NCBI GenBank assembly: GCA_013265495.1
Contig: MU060685.1
Span: 434,001 to 498,000 of the forward strand
From: Vicugna vicugna
Taxonomy: Eukaryota
Direction: 5' to 3'
DNA: 64,000 nt
The position numbers and the translations under genes are program-made. Below the pieces are notes generated by a model, which was given only the letters and a program-made list of their open reading frames with translations, was not told the DNA's origin and made no database searches. Shown piece after piece: positions 60,101-64,000 of this stretch. Numbering within the stretch: position 1 is the stretch's first letter; every line of letters begins with the position of its first letter.

Positions 60101-62017
60101 GGAGCACAGAGAAGAAATTCCCTCTGGTAACATCAGGCAGTATCATAGAACGGCTGGTACTTCAGCCAGAACTTAGGTTAAGTGAGTGTACTAGGTTGAA
60201 TGGTGACCCCCAAAATGGTATGTTCATGGCCTAACCCCCAGAACCTGTAAATGTGACCTCATTTGGGAAAATAAGTGTCCACAGATATAATACGGATCTT
60301 GAGATGAAATCATACTGGATCCGGGTGGGTCCTAAATCCAATGGTAAGTCCTTATACAAGAAAAGGAGAAACAGATACACAGACACAGAGTGGAGAAAAC
60401 CATAGAAGACGGAGGCAGAGATTGAAGTGATGCATCTACAAGCCAAGAAACACTGAGGAATGCCAGCAGCTGCCAGGAACCACCAGCAGCTGGAAGAGGC
60501 AAGGAAGGATTCTCCCCAAATCTTCAGAGGGAGCTCTGCCAACACTTTAATTTTGAGATGCTGGCTCCCAGAACTGTGAGAGAATAAATTTCTGCCATTT
60601 TAAGCCACCAGGTTTGTGACAATTTGTTACAGCAGCCCTAGGAAACTAACACAGGGAGGGAGGAAGGTTCTGGCAGGGGGCACCAAAAGGAGAACAGTGT
60701 GGGTGGAAGGAAAAGCAGAAATCAAAATACATGTATTTGGAAACTAACACAGTCTGGTGGGACCAAAACATAGAACAAGTGTTGTAAAAATGAAGGCAGA
60801 AAGGCCGAGGGTCAACTCATAAAGAACTTATTTTCCTACACTAAGGCTGGGCCTGGCAAAGTCATGCGGGTCTTTCCAAGAGAGGAGACTGAGAGAATGG
60901 ACTGTAGGGGCAGAAGTGAAAGCCAAAAAAATCTAATGAGGCAATTACAGTAGGGAAGCAGAAAGAAAGACAAAAGAAAAGAGGCAGCTAGAAGTGGCAT
61001 TCTAGAAACACAATTAAGACTTGATGGCTCACAATGTAGTCCCATGACAGACCCCAAATTCTTGGGGCCTTCCTGCATAGACATGATCTCCCAACTCCTG
61101 GGTTCTCAAGGGAGAGGAACAAATGGCCACCAATCAATGGTGGGAGCTAAGGAGAGTTATCGGATTAACATGTGCTGAGGAAAGCTTAATAAACTTTTAT
61201 TCGTTAGATTTTAAATAATTCTTTCGGGATAGCAAGGTAGCACACATACCAATTATGGCCACTTTGTTCTCCTTCATGGAGCTCAGCACCTGCTCCAGCT
61301 TCTCCTCAGATGCCATATTCTGCACCTCGCTCAGGTGATGTTCCTGGAACTCCACTGGGACAGAGGCAGCCTTCAGGGACAGGTGCCAAAAATCACAGTC
61401 AGGATCGAATTAAGCCCTTTCCAGCCCACACCATCGTCCCTGCTGGCTGATTCCTCCAGGGCACTCACCTTGAAAACCTCCTTGACAGCGTGCATCAGCT
61501 CAGGCCCCACGCCGTCTCCAGGCAGCATAGTCACGGGAAAGGCGCCCTCCACCCTCACGTCCTCAGCCTGCGAGCGGAGCCAGCAGAGAAAGAGCTGGGG
61601 CGGGGGCAGGCGTGCTGGGGGGAGGGAACGGGACGGGGACAGCCTGCGAGGAGCCAGCAGAGAAAGGGGTGGGGCGGGGGCGGGGGTGCTGGGGGGAGGG
61701 AACGGGACGGGGAGGCGGGGTAGAGGCCAGAAAAGGAGGAGTGAGGGGCGTGGGCGAGACTGGAGCCCAACTTGCGATTACCTGGCTGCGCGAGGCGGCT
61801 TGCGCCACGGCCGAGGTGCACAGGCTCCTCCATGCTCCGGGGTTCGGGGCAGCGACCAGCGCCTACGACAAACACATAAGCCTGTGAGGTCGGGTCTGGA
61901 CTCCTCAGATCCCGAAAACTTTTCTGAGCCCGGTACAGACCCGCCGCTCTCCCGCCCGCCCCGGCGTGCCCCGACCCTCACCCGGGTCAGCCAGCGGACG
62001 CCTCTGACCGCCGCCAT
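57093..62017 (-). CDS. IDH3B: NAD-dependent isocitrate dehydrogenase subunit beta, mitochondrial; complete spliced gene with two alternative last exons
   Basis: Exons give [12 protein letters not shown]...[14 protein letters not shown]...[16 protein letters not shown]...[24 protein letters not shown]; all phases are consistent. Confidence 0.98.
57385..57471 (-). CDS. IDH3B: IDH3B proximal alternative last exon
   Basis: tgtag|GTA CGG ACT...GGC TAG; [28 protein letters not shown]. Confidence 0.93.
   Translation of the reverse strand, partial: VRTRDMGGYSTTTDFIKSVIGHLHPYGG
58155..58215 (-). CDS. IDH3B: IDH3B exon 11 (61 nt)
   Basis: gacag|T CTC GAG...GGC AAG|gtgagt; [20 protein letters not shown]. 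Confidence 0.95.
58326..58420 (-). CDS. IDH3B: IDH3B exon 10 (95 nt)
   Basis: cacag|GGC GCC...CTT AA|gtaggt; [31 protein letters not shown]. Confidence 0.95.
58645..58791 (-). CDS. IDH3B: IDH3B exon 9 (147 nt)
   Basis: accag|CTG GTG...GAG ATG|gtgagt; [49 protein letters not shown]. Confidence 0.95.
58893..58995 (-). CDS. IDH3B: IDH3B exon 8 (103 nt)
   Basis: gacag|G AAA CTC...ATG CAG|gtgagg; [34 protein letters not shown]. Confidence 0.95.
59087..59220 (-). CDS. IDH3B: IDH3B exon 7 (134 nt)
   Basis: cacag|AGT GCG...ATC AT|gtgagg; [44 protein letters not shown]. Confidence 0.95.
59307..59439 (-). CDS. IDH3B: IDH3B exon 6 (133 nt)
   Basis: cccag|G CGT AAG...CAC GAG|gtgagg; [44 protein letters not shown]. 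Confidence 0.95.
59518..59578 (-). CDS. IDH3B: IDH3B exon 5 (61 nt)
   Basis: tgcag|GA AAG...CTG AG|gtaggt; [19 protein letters not shown]. Confidence 0.95.
60187..60653 (+). mobile_element. MaLR (MLT1-type) solo LTR in IDH3B intron 4
   Basis: tgtactaggttgaatggtgacccccaaaa..gtgagagaataaatttctg..taagccacc..ggaaactaacaca; TG...CA termini. Confidence 0.8.
61250..61370 (-). CDS. IDH3B: IDH3B exon 4 (121 nt)
   Basis: tgaag|GCT GCC...ATT G|gtatgt; [40 protein letters not shown]. Confidence 0.95.
61469..61567 (-). CDS. IDH3B: IDH3B exon 3 (99 nt)
   Basis: cgcag|GCT GAG...TTC AAG|gtgagt; [33 protein letters not shown]. Confidence 0.95.
61564..61714. repeat. Two-copy tandem duplication (76-nt offset) in IDH3B intron 2
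   Basis: cagcctgcgag..gagccagcagagaaag..ggggcggggg..tgctggggggagggaacgggacgggga occurs at 61564 and again at 61640. Confidence 0.9.
61782..61862 (-). CDS. IDH3B: IDH3B exon 2 (81 nt)
   Basis: cgtag|GCG CTG...AGC CAG|gtaatc; [27 protein letters not shown]. Confidence 0.94.
61982..62017 (-). CDS. IDH3B: IDH3B exon 1 coding part (36 nt)
   Basis: ATG GCG GCG...ACC CGG|gtgagg; [12 protein letters not shown] (mitochondrial presequence-like). Confidence 0.95.
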
Positions 62018-62689
62018 GTCCTCCGCGGGAAGTCGCGTGGGAAGTGACGCCGGAAGCCGGCGCGGCCGGGGACCTCTATTTCCGGTCCGGCGCGGGTGCG
62101 CGCGCTTCTCTCTTTTCCTCCAACCGAAACCTCCTGCCCGCTTGTCTTCCTCCTCTTTCATCCTCTTCTGTTCACTCTTCCCCTAGAGGCTGATGCGACG
62201 CACGACCACTTTGTCAATTGCTTTATTTTCAGTTACCGTATGTAATTTATGTTGAAACTTCAAAACATCTAAGGAGATTTCATTTTTATCCAGCGAGGAC
62301 CTGAGTTTAATAACAAGTTGAAAATCGGTATTGGGGAATCTGTCTTTTCTTAATGTTTTTGTGCCTACGTATTTGTCACTCTTTTAACCAATTTTCACTG
62401 AACAATGGTATGTCAGACACTAAAGGCATTAACAAATACCATACAGTCCGTGGGAGAAGGTGTGTGTGTCTGGTTTCTTCGGTCTCCTAGCCCATCAAGT
62501 TTCCTTGTGGTTTTATCCTATGTGTTCTTGTTCTTTGCTCTGTAAGTTATTTCCCTGATAGTATATCCCAAACCTGAACTCCCCTGAGCAGGCTCGTAAT
62601 TGGAGACAGAAATTACTTCAAGCATGTAAGTGTGACTGAAAGAGAATTTCAGGCTGATTTTTTTAATTCCAGTCACGTGCTGTTTACAA

Positions 62690-62870
62690 ATGACCTGCTT
62701 AAAACAGATGACAGAGGAGGATTTGCCTAAGCCAGTATCCTGGAAGTGTGGTTTTGGATCACTTGTCAGTTGTTTAAAATGTAGACTTACGAGGCTCACC
62801 CCAGACTTGCTGAATCTGAATATCAGGATTCAGGCCCCAGAAAATACATGTTTAACAGGCTCCCCTAGAT
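62690..62870. mobile_element. MER5-like hAT MITE
   Basis: gatcacttgtcagttgtttaaaatgtagact..ccccagac..ctgaatc..aggctccc. Confidence 0.5.
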
Positions 62871-63082
62871 GACACACACCACTAACTAGGTTCTTTGTGA
62901 CTTGTATATCTCATCCCTCCGAAAAGGTGCAGGGCATTCTCCCACCCAAGGGAGAGAATGCAGTCGTTCTAATTTGGGGGACTAAGCACAGTTTTTTCCG
63001 CATTCTTTTAGGCAGGACATTCTCTACAGTTGTAGGGTGAAAAGATTTAAATTAGATAATAAAAATGTAAGAAACTTGAACA

Positions 63083-63207
63083 AGGGGAAGCTATAGCTCA
63101 GTGGTAGAGTGCACACTTAGCATGCATGAGGTCCTGGGTTCCATCCTCAGTACCTCCACTAAATAAATAGACCAAATTACCCCCAGGAAAAAATACATAA
63201 TTTTTTA
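63083..63207 (+). mobile_element. Vic-1-like SINE with 15-bp TSD
   Basis: TSD aagaaacttgaacaa at 63068-63082 and 63208-63222. Confidence 0.9.
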
Positions 63208-64000
63208 AAGAAACTTGAACAAATGAAAAGTGCTGTGTAAGTGAAAAGCTGTTAATATTATAGCTAATATAATTTGTCAATGTATAACTAATAGAACATA
63301 CTCCTCCATCTTCACAGTCAAAACTAGAGAGCAGCACCATCTTGCCTCCACACATTCCCTAGTCCCAACGTCCACACTCCATCTGCCGTCACCACCATTT
63401 TTCTCTTCCAACTATTGCTCTTTCTGAGGGAGAGAAAGTGGGAGATTTATGGTTTTTTGAAACTATATTTTCCATTACTTTAGGAAATTTAAGATGGGAA
63501 AGAAGAGAGCTATGCTATCTTGATCCAATCTCTGATCATGTAATTTTCATTCCAGAAAATACTCATTTTCTTGAGGGTAACTACAGCATTATTTCCATCC
63601 CTAAATTCTGCACAGATCTGACAAACAGCATCTGCTAGTTGATATAATGCCATGTGGCTGTCAAAAGGGTGAAAGGAACTGATGAAGTGTACCAGTTGAC
63701 TCAGGCCGAGGAAATGGGATCATCACCGTCTGAGGCTGTTGTGTTCTTCCTGTGAACTTGGTGAGCTTTCCTGGACTTCAAGTCCCTATTAAGACATCTC
63801 TCACTGATACTACCTGAGAAGAGGGACGTTTAGTCAGGATCCTTGAAAGATACCCTTAACCATACTCTTGGGAAGGTGAGAGAGGTTAAACCATCTTGTT
63901 CCTTCTAATTGTTAGGAAGCATATATGAACATTCAGTATGAGGCTGGGTGACTTAAACGTCAGTTTCCTAGGCCTATAAATTCTCCAGTACAGGCATCCT

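Larger units (their letters stand above)
61560..62200. promoter_or_regulatory. CpG island and promoter of IDH3B
   Basis: CpG-rich; tandem ETS/GABP-type cores GGGAAGT (62027, 62039), CCGGAAG (62050) and ATTTCCGG (62078); NRF1-like TGCGCGCGC near 62097. Typical of nuclear-encoded mitochondrial genes. Confidence 0.85.

Noticed and set aside
61335-62186. 283-aa plus-strand ORF antisense to IDH3B exons 1-4
   Set aside because: Low-complexity R/G/P sequence expected from stop-poor CpG-island DNA and antisense coding exons; no recognisable domain

Overview
Mammalian genomic DNA, almost certainly a camelid: it carries eight copies of a tRNA-Ala-like SINE resembling Vic-1, plus L1 3' ends of a camelid-like type. 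The window is syntenic with the human 20p13 block TMC2 (+), NOP56 (+), IDH3B (-). TMC2 runs from the exon equivalent to human exon 5 through the stop at 44133. All GT-AG junctions and reading phases fit, except that the exon-7 equivalent is not visible and probably lies in the N block 9107-9254. NOP56 is complete (12 coding exons, 51484-56965) and hosts SNORD110, SNORA51, SNORD56 and SNORD57; SNORD86 is expected inside the N block 54798-54953. IDH3B is complete (62017 down to 57385 or 57093) with two alternative last exons. The rest is L1, L2, MIR, MaLR/ERV LTR and hAT relics. There is no CRISPR array, rRNA or true tRNA gene. I found no convincing wholly new system. The best leads are RNA- and chromatin-level: a tandem duplication that copies an IDH3B splice acceptor into a poison site, a stop codon plus AATAAA built around SNORD57, a hairpin over the NOP56 exon-8 donor, a degenerate counterpart of the SCA36 hexamer repeat, NOP56 and IDH3B polyA signals 34 nt apart, and CTCF motifs between TMC2 and NOP56. 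Exon numbers follow the human gene models from memory. Repeat boundaries and family names are approximate and were not checked by any search.
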